Shown: positions 43,018 through 53,037, numbered from the stretch's first letter. The stretch is 64,000 bases of DNA from Hyphomonadaceae bacterium (GCA_014378995.1 JACMMP010000064.1:4363-68362), one strand, 5' to 3'. Numbers and translations are program-made. Notes: a model not told the origin generated them from the sequence alone.

Positions 43018-45222
43018 TTAATTGCGCACGAGGCACGGCAGCATGCCGGAGAGGCGGAAATAGGCTTTCACCTCATCGGACGCCGATTCCGTATCGCCGG
43101 AACGACCGATCGCGCACACGCGCACGTAGCGCTCGCCATAGCGCAGCAGTTCGTTGAGACGGATATCGGACTCGCGCGAGAGGCCTTCGGGATAAATCGT
43201 CGGCCTGTCGCCGCTCGTCGCCAAGCGACCGCCGCGCTCGAAGGCGCTAAGCGAAAGGCCCCAGCGATCCTGACGCGTGCCCGGCCCGGCGTCATGAGCG
43301 CGCCGCAACCAATACATGCCCTCCAGCAAGAGCGCCTGCGCGTCTTGGCCGTCGTTCGCGATGCAGTACCGTTCGTCCTGCGAGCGTCCGAACAAGATGA
43401 TCGCGATGCAGGACTGCAGACGATAATCGACGTTAGTCTGATCGTTCATCGAAGCGCGCGTCGCGTCGCGGACGGCGAGCGCGCCGTCGCCGCCACACGT
43501 GCGCTGTGTATCGGCGGCCAGACACGCCTGCCGTATCAGAGTTTCGCGCCGGCTAGAGAGATAACGCGCGAAGGATTTTCGCACATCGTCTTCTTCCAGG
43601 GCGTCATCGCCCTCCAACAGAGCGTCCAACTGAACGCGCGCAGGACGCCATTCGCGCCGATGCAGGTAGATTTGAGCGAGCATAAGCCGCGCGTCGCCGT
43701 TGCCGGCATTGGCCTGCAGCGCCCTGTCCAAGGCCGATTGGGCTTGCGGACTGGGCGATTGAACGCCGGAGATGTCGATCGGGCTTGGATTCCGGAAGCT
43801 GATGCACGCCCGCTGCGATTCGTCATCGCCCGGCCCGCAAGGGCGGAATAGGTGCGTCCGGGCGATGTCGACATAAATCTCAGATCGCAGTGCGCTGTAC
43901 TGAGAGCCAGACAAAGCGTTTGCCGCGGCAGTGTAATTGTCTCGCGCCCGATCGCTGGCGCCTTGGATGAATTGCGCGCCCGCCAGCGTGAGCAGGTATT
44001 CGGGGCGGCCTGCGGCGCCAGTCGTTCCTTGCGCTAATTGCCCGACCGCGCGCTCCAACTCGGAAATCGCTTCTTGCAGGTCGCCCTCAAAATTGCGCGA
44101 TGGATCGAGGCCGGCCAAAGTGGCGCAGCCGAGGCCCCAATGCGCGTCAGCGCGGCGGGGGCCTGCAATGCTTTGATTGGCCAGGATGGCGTTGAAGGCG
44201 TCCCGCGCCTCGCGGATCTGGCTCACATAATCGCTGGCGCGCGCGCGCGCGCCCAGAAGGCACTCCAGGTCGGGGCCATTGCGACGTGGCGCGACGCCGG
44301 CGGCGCGCAGCCTAGCGTTGCCGAGCTTGAAGAACACGTCCGACATATCGTCGAGGCTTGGCGCCGCTCCGCCTTCAGGCGCGCCGATATTCCACGCCGA
44401 TTCGCGCACGACGCTTGCAGCCGCAGTGAGATACTCGATCGCGCGTGTGCCCTGAATGACGCTTTGCGCGCGGTCTCGCGCGTCGCGCTGTCCGTCGAGA
44501 GCGCCTTGGCCGAGGTCTCGGCCCAGCGTGAACAGCAAAGCGCGGCCGTTGCGAATTTCCACATCGCTCAGCCGGACCTGGCCACTGGCGCCGTTGCGCC
44601 GTTCCGACTCCGTCAGCGGCGGGTTCAGCGAAAGCGTCGAGCGCGTGAACACAGGACGGAGTGCGCCGAATGCGCCTTCCTTCCCACTCTGACTCTCAGC
44701 GCCGAGGTCGGCGAGCGTGAGCATTGCGCGCTGATAGGCGATTGCGGGATCGTCGGGCGAGAGCGCGCCGCGATCGGTCCGATTGAGACGCTCAAGCGCG
44801 TCGCGGATGCGTCCCCGCAGTCGATAGGCTTGCACCAATTCGATCGTCGCGGCGCGTTGCTCGGCGCCGAAATCAGCCGCCGGAAAATATGGGCCGACGC
44901 TGGTCGCGCCTTCGAGGTGGCCGATCGCTGCGTCGAGGTTGGATGGTCCGCCGAGCATGCGATATGCGCGGCCAGCGTAAAAACGCGCACGGGCGGCGCG
45001 CACGCCGCCGACGCGATTGTCCAAACTGATGCGCTGACATTGCGCGGCCACGTCGGGAGCGCGGCTTTCGGGCGCGCTGGCGAAGGGATCCCCGCGGCGA
45101 AGCTCCGCCACGCACTGGCGGTTATAGTCGGGCCTCCAGGCGCGGTCCTGCGCGCCGACTTCAGTACTTGTGAAGCCAAGGGCGGCCGTTGCAGCGATCA
45201 GTGCGCCAAGCCTGATTTTCAT
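43018..45222 (-). CDS. Secreted TPR-like helical-repeat protein (734 aa, 12 Cys)
   Basis: Signal peptide MKIRLGALIAATAALG...VGA|QD; repeated TPR-like helices such as ARFYAGRAY, AHWGLG, ARLMLAQIYL. Confidence 0.75.
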   Translation of the reverse strand: MKIRLGALIAATAALGFTSTEVGAQDRAWRPDYNRQCVAELRRGDPFASAPESRAPDVAAQCQRISLDNRVGGVRAARARFYAGRAYRMLGGPSNLDAAIGHLEGATSVGPYFPAADFGAEQRAATIELVQAYRLRGRIRDALERLNRTDRGALSPDDPAIAYQRAMLTLADLGAESQSGKEGAFGALRPVFTRSTLSLNPPLTESERRNGASGQVRLSDVEIRNGRALLFTLGRDLGQGALDGQRDARDRAQSVIQGTRAIEYLTAAASVVRESAWNIGAPEGGAAPSLDDMSDVFFKLGNARLRAAGVAPRRNGPDLECLLGARARASDYVSQIREARDAFNAILANQSIAGPRRADAHWGLGCATLAGLDPSRNFEGDLQEAISELERAVGQLAQGTTGAAGRPEYLLTLAGAQFIQGASDRARDNYTAAANALSGSQYSALRSEIYVDIARTHLFRPCGPGDDESQRACISFRNPSPIDISGVQSPSPQAQSALDRALQANAGNGDARLMLAQIYLHRREWRPARVQLDALLEGDDALEEDDVRKSFARYLSSRRETLIRQACLAADTQRTCGGDGALAVRDATRASMNDQTNVDYRLQSCIAIILFGRSQDERYCIANDGQDAQALLLEGMYWLRRAHDAGPGTRQDRWGLSLSAFERGGRLATSGDRPTIYPEGLSRESDIRLNELLRYGERYVRVCAIGRSGDTESASDEVKAYFRLSGMLPCLVRN

Positions 45223-45420
45223 TTCGTCCCCCGCCACGAAACCTGAGGGCAGGCTTAGTCAGCCGCCCGCGCCCCGTATGGTTAATCATTGACAGCACAA
45301 ATACGCCGAACGCGAGTTTTTTCTCGTGAAACGGGAAGCCGTGTCGCGCGAAATTACGCAGACGCGGCTCGCGCGCTACACTCGCAAAACCCCCAATTGA
45401 TCGACCAAAGCGAACCTTAA

Positions 45421-45451
45421 GGCGCGCCGCGAGGCAATCCCGCGGCGCGCC
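45421..45451 (-). terminator. GC-rich hairpin downstream of the thermonuclease gene
   Basis: GGCGCGCCGCG-N9-CGCGGCGCGCC, 11-bp stem, weak U tract. Confidence 0.5.
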
Positions 45452-45459
45452 GCACTTCG

Positions 45460-46497
45460 TCAATCGGGCATGACGTATTCGCCTCGCGGCTCATTAACCG
45501 GCGCCGGGCATGGGCCCATGCTCAGCGCGCGGTCGCGCGGTAGCGAACGCCGCTCGCGGAACGCCGTGGCCGAGCGCGGGACGTCGCGCCAAATGTCGGG
45601 GCGCAGGCTGCAAAGATCCATCACGCCGCGGCGTTGCTGGCGCGCCTCGCGCGCTTCAGCGGCGTAAGGGCCGACGACATTCTTGTACTCGATGGCGAAG
45701 CCATCGGCGACCATGCGCTCGCCGATATTGAAGGCGCGATCGTCGCCGCGTTTCGCATCGCAGTTCACCAGCGGACGCGCGAAGGTTTCTTCGGAACGCA
45801 GCGCTTGGCCCTCGCGGTTTTCTTCGACGACGCATGTCACAAGCGCGCCATCAAGAAGGGTGCGCAGGTGTCGCGTCGCTTCCGCGCCGCATTGCTGTAC
45901 ATCGCGCAAACCCGGGCCTTGGCGGCAAATCTGATCGCCTTCGGGCGCATCTATGCCGCTCAGACGCACCGAGATTTCACCGACGAAAAATGTGTCGCCG
46001 TCGGTAATGGCGTCGGAGCGCATGTAGGTGGAATAGACGCGCTGTTGCGAGACGTTGCCAAACCCGGTGCCGACAATCGCCAGCGCTAAAACGCCGCCAA
46101 AAATGGCGCCGACAAGCCCGATTGCGAGCGGGCGCGTCACGCGCTCCAGCCCCTCGCCGGGCGTAAACGCGATCAACGCGAGAACGCCGAGAACGGCGCC
46201 GATAATGAGAAAGAGGTCGAGCAGCGGAAGCACGAAGCGCGCGATGTGCGGGCCGTTGCGCGCCAACGATTGCGCCAACACGCTTTCGCCAGGCGCATAC
46301 CAATGCGCAGCAAAATCGCCAAAGGCGCGGAAAATACCGCCATGATCGTCATCCGACGCGACAATCACTGCGGAGGCGATCAACAGCGCCAAGCCCCCTA
46401 GCCAGACGCCGCCGCGCAACAAAAGCGGCCACTGTCGCGTGCTGACCAGAAACAACAAAAGCGCCGCAATCAGCAGCGCGAACGATAAGAACGCCAT
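45460..46497 (-). CDS. Thermonuclease (SNase-like) fused to an N-terminal 4-TM domain
   Basis: DGDT, VRLSGIDAPE, CGAEA, MVADGFA, EAR..RRG; four hydrophobic segments in the first ~150 aa. Confidence 0.85.
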   Translation of the reverse strand: MAFLSFALLIAALLLFLVSTRQWPLLLRGGVWLGGLALLIASAVIVASDDDHGGIFRAFGDFAAHWYAPGESVLAQSLARNGPHIARFVLPLLDLFLIIGAVLGVLALIAFTPGEGLERVTRPLAIGLVGAIFGGVLALAIVGTGFGNVSQQRVYSTYMRSDAITDGDTFFVGEISVRLSGIDAPEGDQICRQGPGLRDVQQCGAEATRHLRTLLDGALVTCVVEENREGQALRSEETFARPLVNCDAKRGDDRAFNIGERMVADGFAIEYKNVVGPYAAEAREARQQRRGVMDLCSLRPDIWRDVPRSATAFRERRSLPRDRALSMGPCPAPVNEPRGEYVMPD

Positions 46498-46906
46498 GGC
46501 TCACCCCCCCGGAAGCCGCCGAGCCTAAACCCATGGCTTCAGGCCATCAACCGCGATGCATGAGGGATCGGCCTGATCGGCGCGGCATGTCTCTTTCGCG
46601 CGACTTTGACTTGAATTGCCCCGCGCAAACTAGCCCAACACTTTATTTCAAAACGGTTTTTTTGTAATTCGCGACCCCGAAGCAGCGATAGCTCAGTCCT
46701 GCGCGAGCCGGTGGCGTCAATCTTCGCGGCGGTTGGTCTCACCGGGCGATCCACGCACGCTGCGCGTCAAACAAGCCTCACAGGGGAAATCGCGCCGTCC
46801 TCCCGGGCGCATGTTGGAAGCACCCGTACCCCCAGGCGCGAAGCGCGTTGACCATAAACCTCGCGCACTATCGACTTCGCGCCAGGGTTGCAGCGGGGTG
46901 GTTGGC

Positions 46907-47176
46907 GTGGGCGCAGATCGCGCACTCTTCTTCTTGAATGAAATGGTGTGGACGGCCCTCATCGTTAGCGCGCCCATGCTGGGCGCGACCTTGTTGGTCG
47001 GGCTCATTATCAGCGTGGTCCAAGTCGCCACGCAGATTCAGGAGATCACGCTCAGCTACGTTCCAAAGCTCTTGGCGGCCGCGATCATTCTGATTGTCCT
47101 CGGCGGATGGATGCTCGGCAAGCTGACGCAGTTTGCCATCACGCTCTATCAAACCATTCCTTCGCTCGGCGATTAG
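46907..47176 (+). CDS. fliQ: Export apparatus protein FliQ
   Basis: 89 aa from GTG; VGLIISVVQVATQIQEITLSYVPKL. Confidence 0.92.
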   Translation: MGADRALFFLNEMVWTALIVSAPMLGATLLVGLIISVVQVATQIQEITLSYVPKLLAAAIILIVLGGWMLGKLTQFAITLYQTIPSLGD

Positions 47177-47179
47177 GAG

Positions 47180-47932
47180 ATGTTCGAGGCGCTCTCCGAT
47201 CAGGTTACGGCGACGCTGCTGATGAGCCTTCGCATCGCGCCAACCTTCGGCTTTGCGCCGCCCTTCACGCTCATGCGCACGCCCGCCATGGTCCGCTTGG
47301 CGTTGAGCCTCGGGCTTTCCTTTTGGCTGGTGGCCGCAAATCCTGAGAACATACGTCTGCCTGCAAGCGAGGCGCTCCTGGGGGCCGCGGCCAGCGAACT
47401 GTTGTTCGGCATGGTCATAGCGCTCGCGCTGCAGCTCGCGTTTGCGGCGCTACTCACTGTAGGTCGCGCGCTGGACATCCAGGTTGGCTTTGGTTTGGCG
47501 CAAGTCGCCGATCCAACCTTGCGCACTCAAATGCCGCTGGTGGGGACGTTGTTTTCCTATGCGGCGGGCGCCGTTTTTTTCGCCACCAGCGGACCCGCAG
47601 ATCTGCTCGCTATCTGGGCGCGGTCGGTGGAAGAAGTCCCCTTAGGCGGCTTTGTTGCGCCGTCGGACCTTGCCGCCCTGCTCGGCTATATCAACGCGGT
47701 GTTCATGCTGGCGGTCGGTATCGCCGGCGTCGTGTTCATGACTCTGTTTCTGATCGATCTGACGATCGCGCTCATGTCACGCACGTTGCCGCAGATGAAC
47801 GTGCTCGTGCTGGGGTTCCAGGTCAAAACCATAGCGCTTCTGCTGACCTTGCCATTCGTGTTCGCCTTCTCGGGGGCGTTGTTTCTCCGCATCGTGCGCC
47901 TGGCAGTCGAGTCCATCCCGGAGTTGCTCTGA
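47180..47932 (+). CDS. fliR: Export apparatus protein FliR
   Basis: ELLFG, GRALDIQVGFG, SRTLPQMNVLVLGFQVK. Confidence 0.92.
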   Translation: MFEALSDQVTATLLMSLRIAPTFGFAPPFTLMRTPAMVRLALSLGLSFWLVAANPENIRLPASEALLGAAASELLFGMVIALALQLAFAALLTVGRALDIQVGFGLAQVADPTLRTQMPLVGTLFSYAAGAVFFATSGPADLLAIWARSVEEVPLGGFVAPSDLAALLGYINAVFMLAVGIAGVVFMTLFLIDLTIALMSRTLPQMNVLVLGFQVKTIALLLTLPFVFAFSGALFLRIVRLAVESIPELL

Positions 47933-47933
47933 C

Positions 47934-49013
47934 ATGCAAGAGGGCGCCGAGCAGAACAAGACAGAGGAAGCAACGCCGTTCAAGCTGAAGCGCGCGCGCG
48001 AAAAAGGCTCGGTCGCGCGCGGAATGGACCTTGGCTTCTTCTCTGCGCTGGGCGCTTTTTTCCTGTTCATCACCTTCACGGGCGAGGCGATGATTACCAA
48101 TCTGGCCCTCGCCATGCGCAACACGCTTTCGAGCGCCGGCGCCTTGAATTCAACTGACGCTCTGGCCGCGAGCGCACTCATGTTGTGGCCTGCGTTCCAG
48201 CCGGTCGCGCTTTTGGGCGCAACGATCGTCGTCGTCGTGGCGCTCTTCGAAATCGTGCAAGTGGGCGGCATTGTCTTCACCACCCAACCTTTAAAGCCCG
48301 ATTTCAACCGCCTGAACCCCGCCAAGGGGCTCAAGCGCGTGTTCTCGACGCGCATGCTGAAAGAAACGCTGAAGAACATCATCAAGATGGTCGTCTATGC
48401 CGGCGCTTCGTTTTTCCTGATCCGCCACGCATTCGAGGCCCGGGCGCTTTCCATGACGGGCGCGGGATCGCTGGCTGATGCGCTGCACGATCAGGGGGGC
48501 AGATTGTTGTTCGCCTTTGTGGGCATCGCTCTCGTTTTCGCAGCCATCGATCAGGTGCTGATGCGAGGAGAGTTCCGCAAACAGATGCGCATGAGCCGCA
48601 GCGAACTGACCCGCGAGCACAAGGAGCGCGAAGGCGAGCCTCGCCTGAAGCAAAAGCGCAAACAATTGCATGCCGAGTTTGCGCGTCAAACCAAGGGGCT
48701 TGGAGATCTGCGGGGCGCCGACATGCTGATCGTCAACCCCGAACATTTCGCCGTGGCGCTTGCTTATGACGCAAAGACCATGGCCGCGCCAACCGTCGTC
48801 GCCAAGGCGCGCAATCACTTTGCTTTAGCGCTGAAGCAGCGGGCGGGTGAACTCTCGCTGCCCATCTTCCACGCGCCGCCCCTCGCCCGCGCGCTCTATA
48901 AACAGTGCGATAAGGGGGATGCGGCGCCCGGCGATCTCTATCGTGAGATCGCCGATCTTTATCTTGAAGTCGCGCGCAGCAAGCGCCGGGAAGTCGCCCA
49001 TGGCGACGCTTAA
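47934..49013 (+). CDS. flhB: Export switch protein FlhB
   Basis: KTEEAT..KL.RAREKG.V, RMSRSEL.REHKEREGEP, NPEH cleavage motif, PLARALY. Confidence 0.93.
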   Translation: MQEGAEQNKTEEATPFKLKRAREKGSVARGMDLGFFSALGAFFLFITFTGEAMITNLALAMRNTLSSAGALNSTDALAASALMLWPAFQPVALLGATIVVVVALFEIVQVGGIVFTTQPLKPDFNRLNPAKGLKRVFSTRMLKETLKNIIKMVVYAGASFFLIRHAFEARALSMTGAGSLADALHDQGGRLLFAFVGIALVFAAIDQVLMRGEFRKQMRMSRSELTREHKEREGEPRLKQKRKQLHAEFARQTKGLGDLRGADMLIVNPEHFAVALAYDAKTMAAPTVVAKARNHFALALKQRAGELSLPIFHAPPLARALYKQCDKGDAAPGDLYREIADLYLEVARSKRREVAHGDA

Positions 49014-51135
49014 ATCCCTCCTCCGCGATGGCCGGGAGCTTAGCCTGATCGCGGGCGTCGTGCTGATTTTGATTGTCCTTTTCTCGCCGATCCCTCCGCT
49101 TCTGCTGGATCTGGCGCTTCTCGTGAATTTTGGCCTGAGCCTCACCATTCTTCTGTTGACGCTGCACGTGGCGAAACCGGTCGAGTTTTCCACCTTCCCA
49201 TCGCTCTTGCTGATATCGACGTTGTTTCGTCTGTCATTGAACATCGCCGCCACGCGTTTGATCCTCACCGACGCCGAGGCCGGCGAGGTCATCGGCTCGA
49301 TCGGCAGTTTCGCGGTGGGCGGCAATTTTGTCGTCGGTCTCGTGGTTTTTTTCATCCTGGTGGTCGTCCAATACGTGGTCGTCACCTCGGGCGCGCAACG
49401 AGTATCGGAGGTCGCCGCGCGCTTCACCCTCGACTCCATGCCAGGTCAGCAGATGTCGATCGATGCTGACCTCAACATGGGCTTGATCGATCAAAAAGAA
49501 GCAATTCGGCGGCGCGCCGCCCTCGAGAAAGAGGCGTCTTTTTACGGGGCGATGGACGGCGCCAGCAAATTTGTGAAGGGCGATGCAATCGCCAGCGTCA
49601 TTATTCTTCTGATCAACATCATAGCCGGCTGGATCATCGGCGTGGCGCAAATGGGAATGGCTTGGGATGAGGCGCTTGCCCACTTCACGCTCCTCACCAT
49701 TGGCGACGGTATCGCCACGCAATTGCCCGCACTCATCATTTCTACCGCCACCGGCATTATCGTCACGCGCTCATCCGCCGATCGACAATTGAGCACCGAG
49801 GTGTTTCAGCAATTGTCCTCGGCGCCGCGCATTCCGATCATTGTCGGAGGGCTTCTCATCTTGTTGATGCTGCTGCCCGGCATGCCCAAATGGCCGATCT
49901 TGATCGTGCTTGGGCTCGCATACCTCGCGTGGCGGCAAATGCGGTCGCGCGCCGCGCATGCAAGTGCGGAAGCCGGCGCCGAAGACGACGCGGCGCAGGC
50001 TGGGCCATTGGCCGCCGGTGTACTTTCAGTAGCGCTCGGCGCTGATCTGGCGCGCGCGTGGGCGCCAACGAGAGCGCTTGTTGTGGATCGGATCGGCGCG
50101 CTGCGCGATGCGCAAGAGCGGGCGCTGGGTATCGCCTTCCCTGCTCTTACTCTGACGGATGACGCGCGCTTGGGTGGTTTCGAATACGAAATCCGGTTGT
50201 TCGGCGCCCGCTTCGCCAGCGGCGAAATTCACCCCGCGCAAACGTTAGCGATACGCGGCGACAATAATCGACGCCGGCTCGAAGGCGCCGAGACGTTCGA
50301 TCCCGCATTCGGCCTGCCCGCAATTTGGATCGACAGCGAGCGCAATGAGGAGGCGCGCGACGCGGGCTATACCCTCGTCGATCCAGTTACGGTTTTCATC
50401 ACCCATCTGGGTGAAGTGGTGCGCAACGAGGCCGCGACCCTGCTTACCCGCGCCGGCGTGGTAAAATTGGTGGAAGAGGTGCGCTCGCGTCAACCTGGGC
50501 TGGTCGAAGAACTTATCCCGCAAATGATGTCGCTCTCGGATCTCCAGCGCGTCTTGCAGAACCTGCTCGCCGAATCGGTGTCGGTTGCTTCGATTGATCT
50601 CATCATCGAACATCTTGCTGACATCGCGCGCGCTGAGCGTGACCCCGGCGCGCTCACTGAATTACTGCGTCAGCGCCTCAGCCACTCTATCTGCAACAAA
50701 CTTCGCGATCGTCATCGCGATCTCGCCGTGCTTAGCCTCGATCCACGGCTGGAGAACCAAATCGTCAGCGCCGTCGCCTCGAGCCCACGCCGGGACGCGC
50801 TGGCGCTCGATCCGCGCTTGGCCGAGCGTGTTCTGCGCAAGCTCGGCGCGGCCGCCAATGACATGATGCGCCAGGGCCGAGAGCCCGTACTCCTGTGCGG
50901 CGGCGAAATTCGCCGGCACATGCGCACACTCACGCGGCGCACGCTGCCCAAACTCTCCGTACTGGCGGTGAGCGAGATCCCGACCAATATCGAACTACGC
51001 TCTCACGCCATCGTCAAACTCGACGATGACGATCTGCGCAAGGAGGCGCCCGCTCCGCGGGCCGAGCCACAAATAGCACGTCCCGCTCTCGCAGCGGCGC
51101 CGTCGGGGAGGTCAGATGGTCCAGTCTTCCAGTGA
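49000..51135 (+). CDS. flhA: Export gate protein FlhA
   Basis: FSTFPSLLL.STLFRL.LNIA, RVSEVAARFTLDSMPGQQMSIDADL, FYGAMDGASKFVKGDA, DPAFGLPA.WI. Confidence 0.95.
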   Translation: MATLKSLLRDGRELSLIAGVVLILIVLFSPIPPLLLDLALLVNFGLSLTILLLTLHVAKPVEFSTFPSLLLISTLFRLSLNIAATRLILTDAEAGEVIGSIGSFAVGGNFVVGLVVFFILVVVQYVVVTSGAQRVSEVAARFTLDSMPGQQMSIDADLNMGLIDQKEAIRRRAALEKEASFYGAMDGASKFVKGDAIASVIILLINIIAGWIIGVAQMGMAWDEALAHFTLLTIGDGIATQLPALIISTATGIIVTRSSADRQLSTEVFQQLSSAPRIPIIVGGLLILLMLLPGMPKWPILIVLGLAYLAWRQMRSRAAHASAEAGAEDDAAQAGPLAAGVLSVALGADLARAWAPTRALVVDRIGALRDAQERALGIAFPALTLTDDARLGGFEYEIRLFGARFASGEIHPAQTLAIRGDNNRRRLEGAETFDPAFGLPAIWIDSERNEEARDAGYTLVDPVTVFITHLGEVVRNEAATLLTRAGVVKLVEEVRSRQPGLVEELIPQMMSLSDLQRVLQNLLAESVSVASIDLIIEHLADIARAERDPGALTELLRQRLSHSICNKLRDRHRDLAVLSLDPRLENQIVSAVASSPRRDALALDPRLAERVLRKLGAAANDMMRQGREPVLLCGGEIRRHMRTLTRRTLPKLSVLAVSEIPTNIELRSHAIVKLDDDDLRKEAPAPRAEPQIARPALAAAPSGRSDGPVFQ

Positions 51136-52243
51136 ACCCGCACAAAGGCTCGCGCGTCTCCTTTCCTACCTCCAGGCCGACCCAAACAACGCAGCTCTAT
51201 TAATCGACGCCGCCGAGGCGGCCTTAAGCGCCAACGAACCAGCACTGGCGGCCGAATTGATCGAGCGCAGACGGGAAGTCACGCCGCTGGACGCGCGAGA
51301 GCACGCAATCGCTGGGCTCGCGGCAATGGGCATGAAGGATTTTTCGACCGCCGCGGACATCTTCGGTCAACTCGTCGCTGAACATCCGGGCGACCCGGTC
51401 CTTCGCTTCAACCACGCTTGGTCACTAGCGATGACAAAGCAGTTCGAAGCTGCCTTTGAATTGCTTGACGCAGCCACGACCGGGGCTCTGCCGCAAGCGG
51501 CTATGCTGGAAATCCAATTGCTGCACGAGACGCGCCAGTTCGATGAGGCGCGGGCCCGGGCCGATCTTCATCTCTTGGCTCATCCCGATCATCCGGGCCT
51601 GCTCGCAGCAATCTCGGTGCTTGCAATCGACCTCGAAGACATGGATCTGGCCGCCGCGTGTGCAGAGCGCGCCGGTGAACATTCGGATGCGCACACGACC
51701 CTGGGCACAGTGGCGCTAGCCGACGATCGCGCCGATGATGCGCGCGCGTTCTTCGATAGGGCGCTCGCGCGCAATCCCGAAGCGCCTCGCGCGCTCATCG
51801 GAAAAGGCCTCGTCGCGTTGCTCGCCGGAGACAACGCGAACGCTGCGGAGAGCATCGAAAAGGGCGCCGGCATCTTCGACGATCATATTGGCAGCTGGAT
51901 CGCGGCCGGTTGGGCGCGCTTGATCGCAGGTGAGTACGCGCACGCGCGCCGCCATTTCGAACGCGCGCTAAGCATTGACGCCACCTTCGCCGAGAGCCAA
52001 GGCTCGCTTGCTGTGATCTCCGCCATCGAAGACGATCTCGATACGGCCCGAAGACTTGCTGAAACCGCGCTGCGGCTCGATCGCCAGTGCTTCTCCGGCG
52101 CTCTCGCGCAAGCGCTCGTGCTCCAAGCCAACGGCCAAGCGCAAGCCGCACACGCTATAATTGAACGCGCACTGCACACACCGCTCGATCCAAGTGGAAA
52201 GACGATCGCTCACTCGCTTGCTAAGCACGGACTCTTCGCGTGA
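51116..52243 (+). CDS. Cytoplasmic tetratricopeptide-repeat protein
   Basis: Tandem TPR-like units (QADPNN, AEHPGD, AHPDH, ARNPEA, SIDATFAE); GGGGAGG SD; no signal peptide. Confidence 0.85.
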   Translation: MVQSSSEPAQRLARLLSYLQADPNNAALLIDAAEAALSANEPALAAELIERRREVTPLDAREHAIAGLAAMGMKDFSTAADIFGQLVAEHPGDPVLRFNHAWSLAMTKQFEAAFELLDAATTGALPQAAMLEIQLLHETRQFDEARARADLHLLAHPDHPGLLAAISVLAIDLEDMDLAAACAERAGEHSDAHTTLGTVALADDRADDARAFFDRALARNPEAPRALIGKGLVALLAGDNANAAESIEKGAGIFDDHIGSWIAAGWARLIAGEYAHARRHFERALSIDATFAESQGSLAVISAIEDDLDTARRLAETALRLDRQCFSGALAQALVLQANGQAQAAHAIIERALHTPLDPSGKTIAHSLAKHGLFA

Positions 52244-52329
52244 GAAAGAGTTCCCTAGTTCACGCGCAGGGAGAAAAGTTTCGCGGAGGCGCGCCGCAAC
52301 CTGTAGTTGTTAACTAACAGGGGACGGGG

Positions 52330-53037
52330 ATGACGCAAGGCCTTCTTGAACTAGGCGAGATCATGCTGGCCGCGTCTCAGCGGCGCCTCGACATCGTTTC
52401 TCGCAACGTCGCGAACGCCTCGACGCCCGGCTTCAAGAAAGATGTGATGTTCGAAGCAACGCTCGATGCATCATCTCGAGGGGGTGTCGCAAACGTCGCC
52501 GTCACGACGGATTTTGAACAAGGCGCGATGCGCGTCACCGGCCGCGGGCTCGATCTTGCGATCGCAGGCCCGGGATTTTTCCAGGTTCGCGCTGGCGAGC
52601 GGCATTATTATACCAGATCCGGTGCGTTCGAACGCGACGGCGGGGGCCGCCTGGTCAACGCACAAGGCTTCGCGCTGCAATCTGCCGATGGCGGAGACGT
52701 CATTGTTGGCGCTAACGCGACCGAAATTCTCAGCGACGGCGTGGTGCTCGAAGCCGGTCTGCCCGTCGCACGCATCGGCGTCTTCGAAGCTGATGACACC
52801 GCGACGATGCGCGGGCTCGGCGGGACCATGTTTGAGGCGCCCGCTGGAACGATGCGGCAAGGTCTAGCCGTCAATCTGCGCCAAGGCATGCTCGAAGCCG
52901 CCAATGTCGATATGGCCGGCGAAATGCTCGACATGATGGCCGCGATCCGCAGCGCCGAAGTCGGCGCGCGCGTGGTGCAGGCCTACGACACCTTAATCGG
53001 ACAATCGATCTCCACCTTTGGCCGGGGACAAAGATGA
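52330..53037 (+). CDS. flgF: Basal-body rod protein FlgF-like
   Basis: NVANASTPGFK, TGRGLDLAI.GPGFF, YTRSG, QGMLEAANV. Confidence 0.82.
   Translation: MTQGLLELGEIMLAASQRRLDIVSRNVANASTPGFKKDVMFEATLDASSRGGVANVAVTTDFEQGAMRVTGRGLDLAIAGPGFFQVRAGERHYYTRSGAFERDGGGRLVNAQGFALQSADGGDVIVGANATEILSDGVVLEAGLPVARIGVFEADDTATMRGLGGTMFEAPAGTMRQGLAVNLRQGMLEAANVDMAGEMLDMMAAIRSAEVGARVVQAYDTLIGQSISTFGRGQR

Noticed and set aside
45278-45285. TTAACCAT (minus strand) upstream of the TPR-like operon as a CtrA site
   Set aside because: Only a half-site; no second TTAA at the 7-nt spacing.
46670-46760. GC-rich stretch containing GATAGCTCAGTCC resembling a tRNA D-arm
   Set aside because: No TTCGA T-loop, acceptor stem or CCA could be built; not a tRNA.
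48735-48746. FlhB NPEH instead of NPTH
   Set aside because: The Asn-Pro cleavage site is intact and NPEH is a known natural variant.
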